From Octopus bimaculoides (taxonomy: Eukaryota), in NCBI RefSeq assembly GCF_001194135.2, contig NC_068993.1, positions 355,530 through 419,529 of the forward strand: 64,000 bases of DNA, given 5' to 3'. Made by a program: the position numbers and the translations under genes. The notes under the pieces were generated by a model. It was not told the DNA's origin, ran no database searches, and saw only the letters and a program-made list of their open reading frames with translations. This document shows positions 51,901-64,000 of the stretch, in pieces (position 1 is the first letter of the stretch; every line of letters starts with the position of its first letter).

Positions 51901-54387
51901 TTATGTCAAATTGAGATGAGATACCTGGCTGCAGTCAACATTAGTGAAGCAACTCTACAGATCTAAAATGTTGATAAATTCTAGATGAGACAAAGTAAGG
52001 TGTATTTCAAGGTTACGTTTTGGAATTGCCCAATAACCAAGAGGTGAACAGTTCAGTTCAGTGGATTTGTTTTTATCTTTCAATTCAATTGTAAATTGTT
52101 GTTTTCAAATAAATAATGCACTAAAACCTTACAGCTGTGTGTGAGAGTGTGTGTGTGCATGCGCACGTGCGTATGTGCATGTGTGTGTGTATGAGTGAAA
52201 AAAATAAAACTAAAAGCACTCAAGTAATGTGGACAAAACGTTTTGTAGTTAATTATTCAATGATACTATATTGATAAGTAGGAGGAGATGAACATATTTA
52301 ATACAGATGAGATATATTAACGAGACAATGAGAGGAGAACATTAGGTCTGATTAATTAAGCATAGTGTTTAACATTGAAATATCTTCAGGCTTTAATTCT
52401 GTGTATCTTCTACAGTGATTTCTTCATCACAATATCTTGAACAAAATATTGTGAAGACTAGGTTTCACTGAAGAGCTATGATAATGCAGAAACATACCTA
52501 AAATTGTCTCTCATATGTAAAAACAATTAATATAATATTACTCATTGTTAGCATTTTCAAACTTTTGATGCTTTGAATAAACAGCTCCTACCTCACCTTG
52601 CTTATGTAGAGGAAATATTGGTTGATTGGTGCATATTATTTCAAGAATAACATGTGGAGGGAACATGTGGAAGGGGTACACCCAGAAAGATGAGGGATGA
52701 AGTGGTGAGAAAGGATCTTCAGACGTTGCATCTCACAGAGAGGATGACAGGGGACCAAGACTCCAGGTGGTTTGCTATGCTTGGAAAGACACGTCAAACT
52801 AAGTGAAAGCATGGTTGCCCCATGTCCCCTGCATCTCTCTCCAGCTGAGGGTTCCTAATCTTGAAGGCCCGTGGGTGCTGGTGCCATGTGAAAAGCACTC
52901 ATACCAGGGCTGTGTACTGGTACACTGTACAATAGCATCCAGTCCACACTCTGTAAGGTGGTTGGCATGTTAGGAAGGGCATCCAGCTGCAGAAACCATG
53001 CCAAAACAGACAACGGAGCCCAAGCAGCTCTTCAGCTGGTCAGCTCCTGTCAAACTGTCTGACCCATGCCAGCATGGAAAACAGATGTTAAATGATGAAG
53101 ATTATAATTATCATTAGATAACAGTATCAATTAGAACAACACAAGTAAACTATTTGATAATAATACTATATAAAAACTGCGTCTATTAATACTTCTTAAC
53201 TATTTTCTAATACTTAACTATATAATACAATACTACTATTAACAGTAATATATAAATTAGTATTAGTATTGATATGTAAGTATTACATAATACATTGTTA
53301 TAGTATAGATTTTATCATTCAATGACGGCACTTCAAGTCAACATATTTAGATTTCTGCCTCAAGAGTGTTGTTATCAGTCCAGAGCTACTTCAATTACAA
53401 CGACAAGATAGAGAAGAGATACATTATTATGTCTATCTGTCTGTGTGTCTGTTACAGTCTGGTGGCAGGATCTTATTAATCTGCCACTTGGACCGAGAAC
53501 ATATTATCCTGTGTAATTACTAAAAATAGGTTGATCTCTTCTTCAGCAAGATCATCTCAGCTGATAAATAAACATTCTTTCCCTAATTATTCTGGATTTT
53601 AACGAGTCTTTCTCCAAAACTTATCACTGAATTTACAACAATTAATTTTCCCCTGCTTTAGCAACATTAACATTGTAGTTTAGCAATTATTAATTTTAGT
53701 TAATGTATACTAATTATCAATCACAATATCATGCACTAACCGAGAAATACCATTTTTGTTATCGTATTAGCTGTTAAGTATGATGTTGCTGTTTAGCCTG
53801 TGGCTGGCTTTGATCAAAGGCAGTTCAACCATGACCATCCAACATAAGATTCTTGAATAGCTTATCTAGGGTTATATTATCCAGTGTGTGTGTTCTTTTA
53901 TTTTAATACAGCTGGATGTAATTTGAGGTAGATTTTGCTGCTTCTTCTTGCAGCTCAAAATGTCCACTTGGAGTCTTCCACCTTTGTAAGTTATTTTTGA
54001 CAGAGCAGCAACAGCAGTCTTAATAAAACTTCTAAAAATACGACAGGATAAACACAGAACAATCCCACTGTATATATTTAGTGTTGTGGGATCGGATTCT
54101 GGAGATAAAAAGTCAACATTATATTGTTAAAGCCAATGAAAAGCGCCAAATTAATCCTCATAAAATATTCCTAAAGTATTAATGACTGCCATAATGTAAA
54201 GTTAATTAATGTTACTATAATGTAATAAATGCTCTGGATTTTGTATATAAAAATGGTGGGGGGGGGGAGTCCTCAAAATTCTCAAAGAGACTTTTTTATC
54301 TGCTTTGCAATTTAAAAACAATATACATATTTCATTATCATCACACAATTTATTAACTACTACTACTACTGCTGCTGCTGCTGTTGT

Positions 54388-54425
<38 letters not shown>

Positions 54426-54445
54426 ATAATAATAATAATAATAAT

Positions 54446-55008
54446 TTGCCATGATGCAGTACCAGGCAGTGGCTCTCGTGGCTTCTGATCTTAACTGATT
54501 GGAAGTGTTATCATGTACATTGTTTTGTCTTGGTATATAAGATGCGTTACAGCAAATATTCTGCTTAATACTATATATTTGCTTGACCTTCACCAGTGGA
54601 GCATGTCCCTTGGTGGCTGATGATATGTACATCTCTGATCACGAGCATAAGTAGTTGGGGAGCAACATAGCCATGTGTTGAGAGGAATTCTTTGGGTTTT
54701 GGATAATTCACCTTTGGAAGCATGGGTGTTTTGTTCAACATCCTTAAACAACCTTTATTCAGGGACCTTTTGAGCGGAATGGGCTACTCAACCTGAAGAA
54801 AATTCTAACTGGGCCCCACTTGCAAGGTCATGCATGGTTTATCTTGATGTGATATCACCAAGTCATGCACATATGGTTGTGATGCATATGCCTGGTGTAC
54901 CCTTATCAGACGGGTGGTCATGATATGTAAACTGGGTTTTGCATATTTGAACCTCAGTGTCACTTTGATGGCATACGTTGCTCTCTCACTCAATGATAAT
55001 AATAATAA
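54446..55008. mobile_element. About 560-bp interspersed element flanked on both sides by (AAT)n
   Basis: Complex, GC-richer block bounded by (ACT)n(AAT)n on the left and (AAT)n on the right. I recall it as an abundant octopus repeat; family not determined. Confidence 0.55.
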
Positions 55009-55440
55009 CCCTTTCTGCTAAAGGCACACGGCCTGAAATTTTAGGGGAGGAGGCTAGTTGATTACATCAAGTCCAGTGTGCAACTGGTACTTATTTGATT
55101 GACCTTGCAGGGATAAAAGGCAAAGTTGACCTTGGTGGAATTTGAACTCAGAATGTAAAGACAGATGAAATGCCACTAAACACCTTACCCAGCAAGCTAA
55201 AGATTCTGCCTTTTAATAAGAATAATTTTTTCTACTATAGACACAAGGCCTGGATTTCGTGGGGAGGGGAACAGTCGATCACATTGACCCCAGTACTCAA
55301 CTGGGACTTAATTTATCGACCCCGAAAGGATGAAAGGCAAAGTTGACCTCAGCAGAACTTGAACTCAGAATGTAGCAGCAGACAAAATATCACTCAGCAT
55401 TTTGCCCAGTGTGTGAATGATTCTGCCAGTTTGCTACCTT

Positions 55441-55492
<52 letters not shown>

Positions 55493-56217
55493 TGATGATA
55501 ATAATAATTAGTAGTAACAGAAGCTGTATAAACATCAAAAGTCAATCTTGATCTCCAACTTAATGTGGAGGTGGTGTCAGAACACACAATACTGCATTAT
55601 TTATCTCACACACACACACACAGAGCTCTAATGAGGCATGCTGTTTAGTGGTCAGGGTATTGAACTCATGATCATGAGATTGTGGTTTCAATTCCTGGAC
55701 TGGGTGATACATTGTGTTCTTGAGCAAAATACTTCATTTCACGTTGCTCCAGTCGACTCAGCTGGCAAAAATGAGGAAACCTGCGATGGACCAATGCCTC
55801 ATCCAAGAGGGGAATATATATGCCATGGGAACTAGTAAACCAGCCCTAGGAGTTTATATGGCTCCACAAAGTGCTTTATCCTTTATACACACACACACAC
55901 ACACACACACATTTCTCAAAGAGGAGAAAACAAAAGAGAAGCAATTTTAGGTCAACATCCCCCCCCCTTTTTTTCAAAGTCTTGACATTACATGATAGTT
56001 GTAAACAAGTGTCCCCACCATGCAAGCTGTGTCCTTATTTTCCAATATTCTGTGAAAACATGCCTGGTCCAGAGGAGAATATGACCTGACTTGAAAACTG
56101 GCGAGGGTTCGTGACTGGAAGAGCATCCATCCAACCCATGCAACCATGGAAAAGTGTACGTTAAAACGATATATAAGCATATGTGTATATATACATACAT
56201 TATACATACATACTTAC

Positions 56218-56254
<37 letters not shown>

Positions 56255-56255
<1 letters not shown>

Positions 56256-57279
56256 GGTGGTTGTCTACTCCTTAATCAGAGTTTGACCCCTTCCTGTACC
56301 TACACCTTAGATCTATCATGGCATCTGATGTGGCTTTTTAAACCAGACAATGTTTTGAAAAGACACCCAAATAGATTGCATATCTGATTTGGACTACCAA
56401 GAGCTACAAATAAGTCCTGATTTTTGTGGATCTTAAAATGTTTTTTGAGGCCTCTGTTAGATTTCCAAACCTCCTCGTATACATTGCCTTGAAAGGCGTG
56501 CACAGACATATAGGCAGAATATTTGGTGGAGGTTCGTTTTCCATGGGTTCACAGATGAGATTTGAACCCAGCAAAAGAAAGGCATGGTCTGTCACAAACT
56601 GTGCACACAAAAAGGTCGTTGTGATTCACCTTCTCGATCGTAACATTCTTCCTTAAATCTCTCTTGAGTCTTGCATCATCCTGGCCACTTCAAGCACTTT
56701 CACTCCATTCCACACTTTTGTTCACCATCCAACTCGAACCAAAGCAAGGGTTTCTATGTCCTCTGGATTCCAAGTGACTTCATTGTAGTTCTTTGCCATC
56801 CTTAAACCTTTTTTTTAGGTTTATGCCAATAGTGTTTCCCCTCTGGAAGTTCATCATAATTTGCCATTTGAACAATATGGCCATACCATTTCATTTGGTT
56901 TCTCAAAATCATAGCTTTAACTGAGGTGATGCCTGCAGATGCAAGGACATCTGTATCTCAAGTAAAAGAACTCCATTTAGTGTTTAAAATGCAACGAAGG
57001 CATTTTTGGTGGAATTGTTCTAACAATTTGAAATGTCTTTCATAACATGTCCATGTTCCAGAAGAATACAACAGGGATGTTAAGACAAATGATTTGTAAA
57101 GAGCCAATTTTGCATTGTTATTTATATATCATTGGCGCCAAACACGTGACTCCAAGCCACCAAATCCTTGTGCTGTCCTTTGAATTCGCAGATGTATTTC
57201 TATGTCCAGATTTCCATCATTTTGAACAGAGCTTCCAAGGTAGATGAAAGAATCAACATCCTCAAGTAACTTACCCTTA
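56255..57279 (-). mobile_element. 5'-truncated, relatively young RTE LINE (post-RT domain plus three C2H2-like fingers plus short 3' UTR)
   Basis: EDVDSFIYLGSSVQNDGNLDIEIHLRIQ...LLYSSGTWTCYERHFKLLEQFHQKCLRCIL...MKWYGHIVQM is readable over about 160 aa with two stops. Confidence 0.9.
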
Positions 57280-57511
57280 ACTACCAAGAGCTACAAATAA
57301 GTAGCATGGTTTATCTTGATGTGATATCACCAAGTCATGCACATATGGTTGTGATGCATATGCCTGGTGTACCCTTATCAGACGGGTGGTCATGATATGT
57401 AAACTGGGTTTTGCATATTTGAACCTCAGTGTCACTTTGATGGCATACGTTGCTCTCTCACTCAATGATAATAATAATAACCCTTCCTGCTAAAGGCACA
57501 CGGCCTGAAAT

Positions 57512-57990
57512 CGTGATTGAACCAAATTCGATGACTGGCACCTGTGCCAGTGGAGCGCTAAGAACACCGTTCGAGCATGATTATTGCCAGAGCAGCTGTC
57601 TGGCTTCCATGTCAGTGGCACGTAAATAGCACCATCTGAGCATGATCGTTACCAGCGTCGCCTCCCTGGCACTTGTGCCAGTGGAACGTGAAAAGAACAT
57701 TCGAGCGAGGTCGTTGCCAGTGCCGCTGGACTGGCTCCTGTGCAGGTGGTGAAAAACAGCATTTGAGTGTGGCCGTTGCCAGTACCGCCTGACTGGCCCT
57801 CATGCCGGTGACACGTAAAAGCACCGACTACACTCTCGGAGTGGTTGGCGTTAGGAAGGGCATCCAGCTGTAGAAACTCTGCCAGATCAGATTAGAGCCT
57901 GGTGCAGCCTTCTGGTTCGCCAGTCCTCAGTCAAATCGTCCAACCCATGCTAGCATGGAAGGTGGACGTTAAACGATGATGATGATGATG
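57512..57990 (+). mobile_element. RTE-family 3' UTR with about five tandem subrepeats and (GAT)n tail
   Basis: Repeated GCCAGT-n8-ACTGGC...GTGGCACGT.AAAAGCACC units followed by the common tail. Confidence 0.8.
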
Positions 57991-58001
57991 ATATATATAT
58001 T

Positions 58002-58039
<38 letters not shown>

Positions 58040-58045
<6 letters not shown>

Positions 58046-58240
58046 TTTGTGTTTGTCCCCCCACCATCGCTTGACAACAAATGTGGTGTGTTTATGTCCC
58101 TGTAACTTAGTGGTTCGGCAAAAGTGACCGATAGAATAAGTACTAGGCTTACAAAGAATAAGTCCTGAGTGTTGATTTGCTCGACTAAAGGCAGTGCTCC
58201 AGTATGGCCGCAGTCCAATGACTGAAACAAGTAAAAGAAA
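58040..58240 (+). mobile_element. SINE-like repeat (family also about 11820-12010)
   Basis: TTTGTCCCCC.CACC.CTTGACAAC...AAGTAC.AGGCTTACAAAG...GCAGTGCTCCAG.ATGGCCGCAGTC.AATGACTGAAACAAG shared between the two copies. Confidence 0.65.
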
Positions 58241-61200
58241 AAAATACATACGTACATACATACATATAAATATATAATATACATACATATATATGTGTGT
58301 GTATGTGTGTGTGTGTCTATATAACCCTCTACATATATAATAATATATATGCATACATATATATATATGTATATATGCACATACATATACAGATACATAC
58401 ACATACACTTACACATATACACATACATGCATAAATACATATATACACATATATTCACATACATATATATGTAGATTCATATATTGCTTGATAGATTGGA
58501 CCTAATAATTCTAGTGTATTGTTTAGTGTGGAAAAGAAAATGAAAGAGAGAGAGAGGGAGAGAGAGGGAGAGAGAGAGAGAAAGAGAGAGAGAGATGAAT
58601 TAGTAGTGTTCCTACATGTTTCTATGCAAGGTAGTTGACATTGAAAGGTGGGTTGGTAAGGCAATGGGCTGAAGCAGAGCTTGTTCCACTCAGGTGGGTA
58701 GAGTCGGGATTTCATTTTGCTCCAATATCAGGAGTTAGTAAAGTGCTTCATACAAACTGAGTGGTCGCTAAAAGGTTATGAATTCATTTTGTCTTATGAA
58801 TGGAATGTCCTAAGAAAAAAAAGTAAAAAAAGAAGAAAAGAAAAAGGCACACATTAATTGCTTTGGACAGTGTAAAATATCTAAATGATTGGTTTATTTC
58901 AAAATTAATTGAGCTCAATGATCAACCAATTAAGTTGAACCTGGAGATCAATCAGGTAATTTAGTTGAGCCTTTGAGACTGGAGATCAACCAATAATGAT
59001 TTGCAAAGTTGTAAGGAAAACAGTAGAATATTTTGTGACAAGTTGTTAATGATGGAAATTTGGAAGAAGCAAGATTAGTTCTCGTCTATGATTAAATATA
59101 AAAGTACATCAACGAAATAGATGATGACATAATAATAATGATGTTGATGATGATGATGTTGGTGATAATGATGTCAGGATATATATATGCACATATATAT
59201 ATATACATATATACATGCCTATGTACATACATATACACACATAGATGTGCATACGTACATACAAGTAGATATATGTTTAAAGATAGAATTTATGATGCTT
59301 CTTGGATGATTAGAATCTTTATTCATATACCTTAAGCACCCATTTTGTTATCCACTGACACCACCAATAGTTGAATGCAAAAATAGCTTTTCTTAGATTA
59401 TATTTCTTCTTAGCGTTCATTTTCTATGTACCAGAAATGTTTCCTTAGCTCACTTTGAGTTTAACTAATTTCAGATCAACTCGTAAATGTGTTAACATGT
59501 GTTTTCGGAAATATTAATTTCAATCTAAATACGTTGATACAACAGAAATAACTGCTGGCTTTGTAAAGTGAATTCTACAATTACAGATGTGATTTTCTCT
59601 ATATGTATTATATATACATATATATAATATATAGAGGTCTCCATTTAACTAAATATTCTATCAAAATACTGAGCTGGAGGACTCATTTAATACTCAAGTA
59701 CAAACTAATGAAATCCTATAATTTCTGGTCATGTGGCAGCCAGCCTTGTTGCTAGTCCAGTAAAAGTGGTAAACACAACAAAATGAATTCATAAACATTT
59801 CTATTTGAAGAATTATTAATCTCAAGGTTTGCAATGAAAACTAAATGTGGCAACATCAAAAATGTCCATGCACCCTTCTGTCCTATCAACCTACTGGGTT
59901 TTTTTCTTTTTCTTTCTCAAATTAGGATTACAAAGAAATTCCACTCTCCATCCTTGACAAACAAGTAATCTCCAAAGTGTTGGTGCCAGCATGCTCTGTA
60001 AAGTGGCTGATGTAGAGCCTTGAGAAGCCTGTTTAGTCTTGTCAAAGACATGACATTCTCTTGAGTGCTGGCGTCGCAATAAAATACATCCAGGGAAGTG
60101 GTAGGCAATAGGAAAGACATCAAACTAGGGAAACCTAGGCACAAATGGAATGTACAAGCAAGAAGTGATTGCCTGACCTATCTAGGAAGGTGGGGGTAGT
60201 GACTCTGAAGAACAACTGATTCAGTGTGTAACTATTCCTCCACCCCATGCCAGCACGGGAAAGGCAGACATAAAAAGATTACAGTTACAATGATGATGAT
60301 GATATTCATGATTACCATTGTAACTGTAATCATTGGATAATTATTTCCAAAATAAACTTTTCTCATTTTTTTACCAGTCATTAAGGACACACACACACAC
60401 ACACACACACATGCACGCGCACACTCACACACACATGCACGGTTTATCTCATACACAGAATTTCAATCATTCTGTATGTACATCATTCTGAAAATCCTGA
60501 GGAAGACTAACTCAAAAAAGAAGCATTGTCAAAGAACTTTTATGACTAAAAATGACAGCCAAATGTCCATAAAATCATATCTTATCTTAGAATAGGAAGG
60601 ACACATTTGATAGTGTAGTCGTAGGTATACTATGTTCATAAAGAAAACAGATACTTAGAGCTACCCAATAAAAGATTGACCTTAAGATTAAACAGCTGCA
60701 ATAACCACAATCTTTAGGGAAGTTTAGATTTTATTGTTAAATATATTTAATTATACAGCAATTAACAAAGGCTTTATAATTAGATGCCTCATTTATAGTT
60801 TTTTATGAAATAACTCAATTTTGGACCAAGATACTTCCTTTTCAATTTTGTTTTCCAAATCAATTTCTTGTAAGCAAAAACTCTTCAGTGCAAGGCATGT
60901 TCAATCTTTACACAACTTCCTCAGCAAATATCCTTTAAAAAATGGTTTTTATCATGTAGTAATACAAATATTAAAAACATTTAAAAAGTCACTTCATCTA
61001 CAACAAAATATTTTAAAAAACAACTGCACTATTATGATAAATACAGGAGGGTAGAAACTCATCAGGAATATCACAGATGTACAACAGAAGATTTTGATAC
61101 ATAAAATAGCCTGATTTATGATAAAATTATAATAAAGTACAATTGACTATAAAAGTCTGTGTGATTTTAATGATTAAGACAATTATGGTGCAATTGCTTT

Positions 61201-61891
61201 AGGTTTCAATGTTTGTGTGTCATAGTGGTAGCCGTGAACAGACTGAGTGATAAAAAAATAAATCACTTGCTAAAGAAAGGTAACACAAGATTATTTTAAA
61301 GAAATTGTCTTCAATCAAAAGATAAGCAGAGGTTCTGTCAAAACATGTTTGATCAAACTACATGAGAAGAACAAAAAAAAAAGAAAGAAAAGAAAAATGT
61401 TTACATAAGAGAGTTTTTTTTAACTATTAGAGAGGACAATTTGATAAAAGAGTACCATCTCTATGAATAATATGTTGGTTTCCATCAAGAGTATGTCCCT
61501 GTAGAGAATATTGACAAAACTATTCAAATTGAATAGTGTAGGGCTATGAACGTTAATAGTGAAATTACAGTTCAATATTGTATTTCCTTCTGACCAAGCA
61601 AAAAGCCCCCACAGAGGCCTTTGTGTCAAGTCTTGCATCAGATGAGATTCTGAGATGTTCATCAATATTAAAAAAATTATTACTGAATTTAATAAATTGA
61701 ACTTGCCAGTGATAATTAAAACTGGGCTAAAATCTCATCTCATCAATTTATTTCAAGAATCATTAGACAGTTATTAATTAACACCCCTATCCCATCCCAT
61801 CCCATCCCAGTTAAAATAATTATTCTGTTAGTTTTATTCATTACAAATTTTATATGAGAAACAGAAAATGGAAGACTGCAAGAAAACTTAC

Positions 61892-62188
61892 CATGAGACA
61901 TCCATTGTGAATGAATCTTAATGTTCCTGAGCACCGACATGGTTTGAATAAGCTATCTTCTTTATCTCCTGGAAGATGGCAAATCCTACAAATTGGTAAG
62001 ATATCAGTGCCTGTATCTGAATCATTGGAACATGGCCATTTCTTTATTGGTAAAGGAGTAGCGTTTGCACTTGTCAATGGAGTATTATTGTAACTTTGAA
62101 GAGGAGTTACTTCACCGCTTGGTAAAGGTGTCACTTGTACCATGACATACTCGTTAGAGTCATCGTTAAATCCATTCATTCCATACAT
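61892..62188 (-). CDS. MARCH-family RING-CH E3 ubiquitin ligase, exon with most of the RING-CH (MYGMNG...[35 protein letters not shown])
   Basis: CxxC...CxC-x7-H-xx-C pattern. Donor ATG|GTAAGT at 61891. Acceptor at 62191, 2 nt before the ATG, so the start codon is probable but not certain. Exact MARCH orthology was not determined. Confidence 0.9.
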
Positions 62189-62879
62189 CACTGATGAGAA
62201 AAACAAAATAAAAACAAGAAATTAAAATCAATGATAATATTGTTGACCTCATAGTTTTATATTTGACACTATTCCAGAAATGCTTTACTTGTACCTATTG
62301 CTCCAGCATGACCATGACTCTGGTTGCTACAATAAACTAGGACACTCTCCTCAGTTAGTTACGAGTGTGACCAATGTTAACTTTGAACTTTTCTTCCAAA
62401 TTTCTTTTACTCACCAGTTCCAGAAACATCTTATTTAAATTTCTTAATGTTTTATTAAAATGTTTTATTTTCCAACAGAACAGAGGTTCTGGCTGTTTGA
62501 TTTTTGGAATCGGATAGCATTCCATTAATTACAGACCAGTTATTGTTAGAGGCATTAAACAATAGCAAATTCCTTCATTAGAATTTCCAGTGATTGATTG
62601 ATTGATTGATAGACAGAAATGATGATTGATTGAAAGACATGCATATAATGATCAATTATTTCATCAAAAGTAAATCACCAAATATTGTCATTTTGCAATT
62701 AAAATTCTGTTGATTGGTTTTCTTAATGAAATTTCACCAAACATTTACACAATTTGGTAAAGAGAAGCTTCTGCTTGGATAAATTACTGTCAGCTTTCAC
62801 ACTTTTATTTCCGTTAGTCTCTTCTTGGTGTCAGTCATTGGTCTGTGGCCATGTTAGGGAACCAATATCAAAGGTAATG

Positions 62880-63270
62880 GTCAGTGACATACAAATCTCT
62901 CCTCACTTGAGGCATTGGGTATGATGAACAAAAGCGTAGAAGCTATACCTGGATATTCAATATTACACACTATCCAAAAAATAACCCTGCTAGGAACAGC
63001 CCACATCCCACGCAAGACACTATCAAGTCAATAATACAACCTGACCAAAACAATCCACAAACACCAGACACACTCTGTATAGCAAATATCCAACAAAATA
63101 AACTACCACCATAACATGTACTCCACAGACCAGACACCCAACTCACATTACACACACACAACACAGACACCAATACAACAAAAGACTGCAACCAACAACA
63201 AAAAAGAACACACTCCAACAACATGGAGGTGGGGCAGGTGATGCAGCAGAAATCTGCCTGAAACTATCAA
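62880..63270 (+). mobile_element. 3' end of an RLE-bearing (R4/Dong/NeSL-like) non-LTR retrotransposon
   Basis: ALGMMNKSVEAIPGYSILHTIQKITLLGTAHIPRKTLSSQ* matches the C-terminal GALG...QKxxLLGTAHILRKxLS motif. CA-rich 3' UTR, then (AAT)n. Confidence 0.75.
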
Positions 63271-63288
63271 ACGCTGAATAATAATAAT

Positions 63289-63976
63289 CCTTTCTACTAT
63301 AGGCACAAGGCCTGAAATATGGGGGAGGGGATAGTCAATTACACCGAGCCCAGTACACAACTGGTACTTATTTTATCAACCCTGAGAGGAAGAAAGGTAA
63401 AGTCAGCCTCACTGGAATTTGAATTCAGAGCGTAAAGATGAACAAAATGCTGCTTAGGTATTTTGCCCAGTACGGTAATGATTTGACCAGCTTTGCCACC
63501 TTCACTAATAATAATAATAATAATAATAACAACAATCCTTTCTACAATAGGTACAAGGCCTGAAATTCTGGGGAGGGGACCAATTGATTAGATTGACCCC
63601 CCAGTATGCAACTGGTACTCAATTTATCGACCTCGAAAGAATGAAAGGCAAAGCTGACTTCAGTGGAATTTAAATTCAGAACGTAGCAGCAGACAAAATA
63701 CCGCTAAGCATTTCGCCTGGTGATTCCAGCCAGCTTGCCACCCTAATAATAATAATCATAATCCTTTCTACTAAAGGCATAAGGTCTTGAAATTCTGGGG
63801 GAGGGGACCAATTGATTACATCGACCTCAGTGTGTTACTGGTATTTAATTTGTCAACCCCAAAAGGATGAAAAGTAAAGTTGACCTTGGTGGAATTTGAA
63901 CTCAGAACATAGTGTGATGGGCAAAATACTGCTAAGCATTTTGTCCAGTGTGCTAATGATTCTGCCAGCTTGCTGC
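63289..63976 (-). mobile_element. Three head-to-tail SINE copies separated by (AAT)n
   Basis: Copies at about 63289-63500, 63537-63743 and 63763-63976, each delimited by AAT repeats. Confidence 0.85.
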
Positions 63977-64000
63977 AATAATAATAATAATAATAATAAT

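Noticed and set aside
56300-56509. Stand-alone C2H2 zinc-finger gene
   Set aside because: It is in frame with the decayed RTE ORF, has an upstream in-frame stop and lost cysteines, and shows no splice or promoter evidence.
57512-57830. CRISPR-like array of palindromic repeats
   Set aside because: The units are degenerate along their whole length, there are no unique spacers or cas genes, the context is eukaryotic, and the array is part of a LINE 3' UTR.
57931-58464. 177-aa ORF (longest in the track) and similar MYVCIY/HTHTH ORFs
   Set aside because: Artefacts of dinucleotide repeats and SINE sequence.

Overview
AT-rich, microsatellite- and retroelement-dense animal DNA with five N gaps. The repeat families point to an octopus genome (inference). 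Three spliced protein-coding genes lie in tandem on the minus strand, and I reconstructed each exon by exon from GT-AG sites and reading-frame phase. (1) PAIP1: 7 exons at 16120..9 with a PAM2 motif and MIF4G domain; the 3' end runs off the window. (2) RPA2/RPA32: 8 coding exons at 31431..20757, about 259 aa, with an E2F site and DRE-like motifs upstream. (3) A MARCH-family RING-CH membrane E3 ligase: 3 coding exons at 62188..41232, 249 aa. The rest is RTE, CR1/L2-like and RLE-type LINE fragments, mariner remnants, tRNA-derived SINEs and simple repeats. Most notable: a minimal type I hammerhead ribozyme near the RPA2 promoter, an orphan 4-nt AATG microexon candidate, an RTE C-terminus with three C2H2-like fingers, and a two-donor templated insertion at that RTE's 5' junction. 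No tRNA, rRNA or CRISPR array is supported. Repeat boundaries are approximate.
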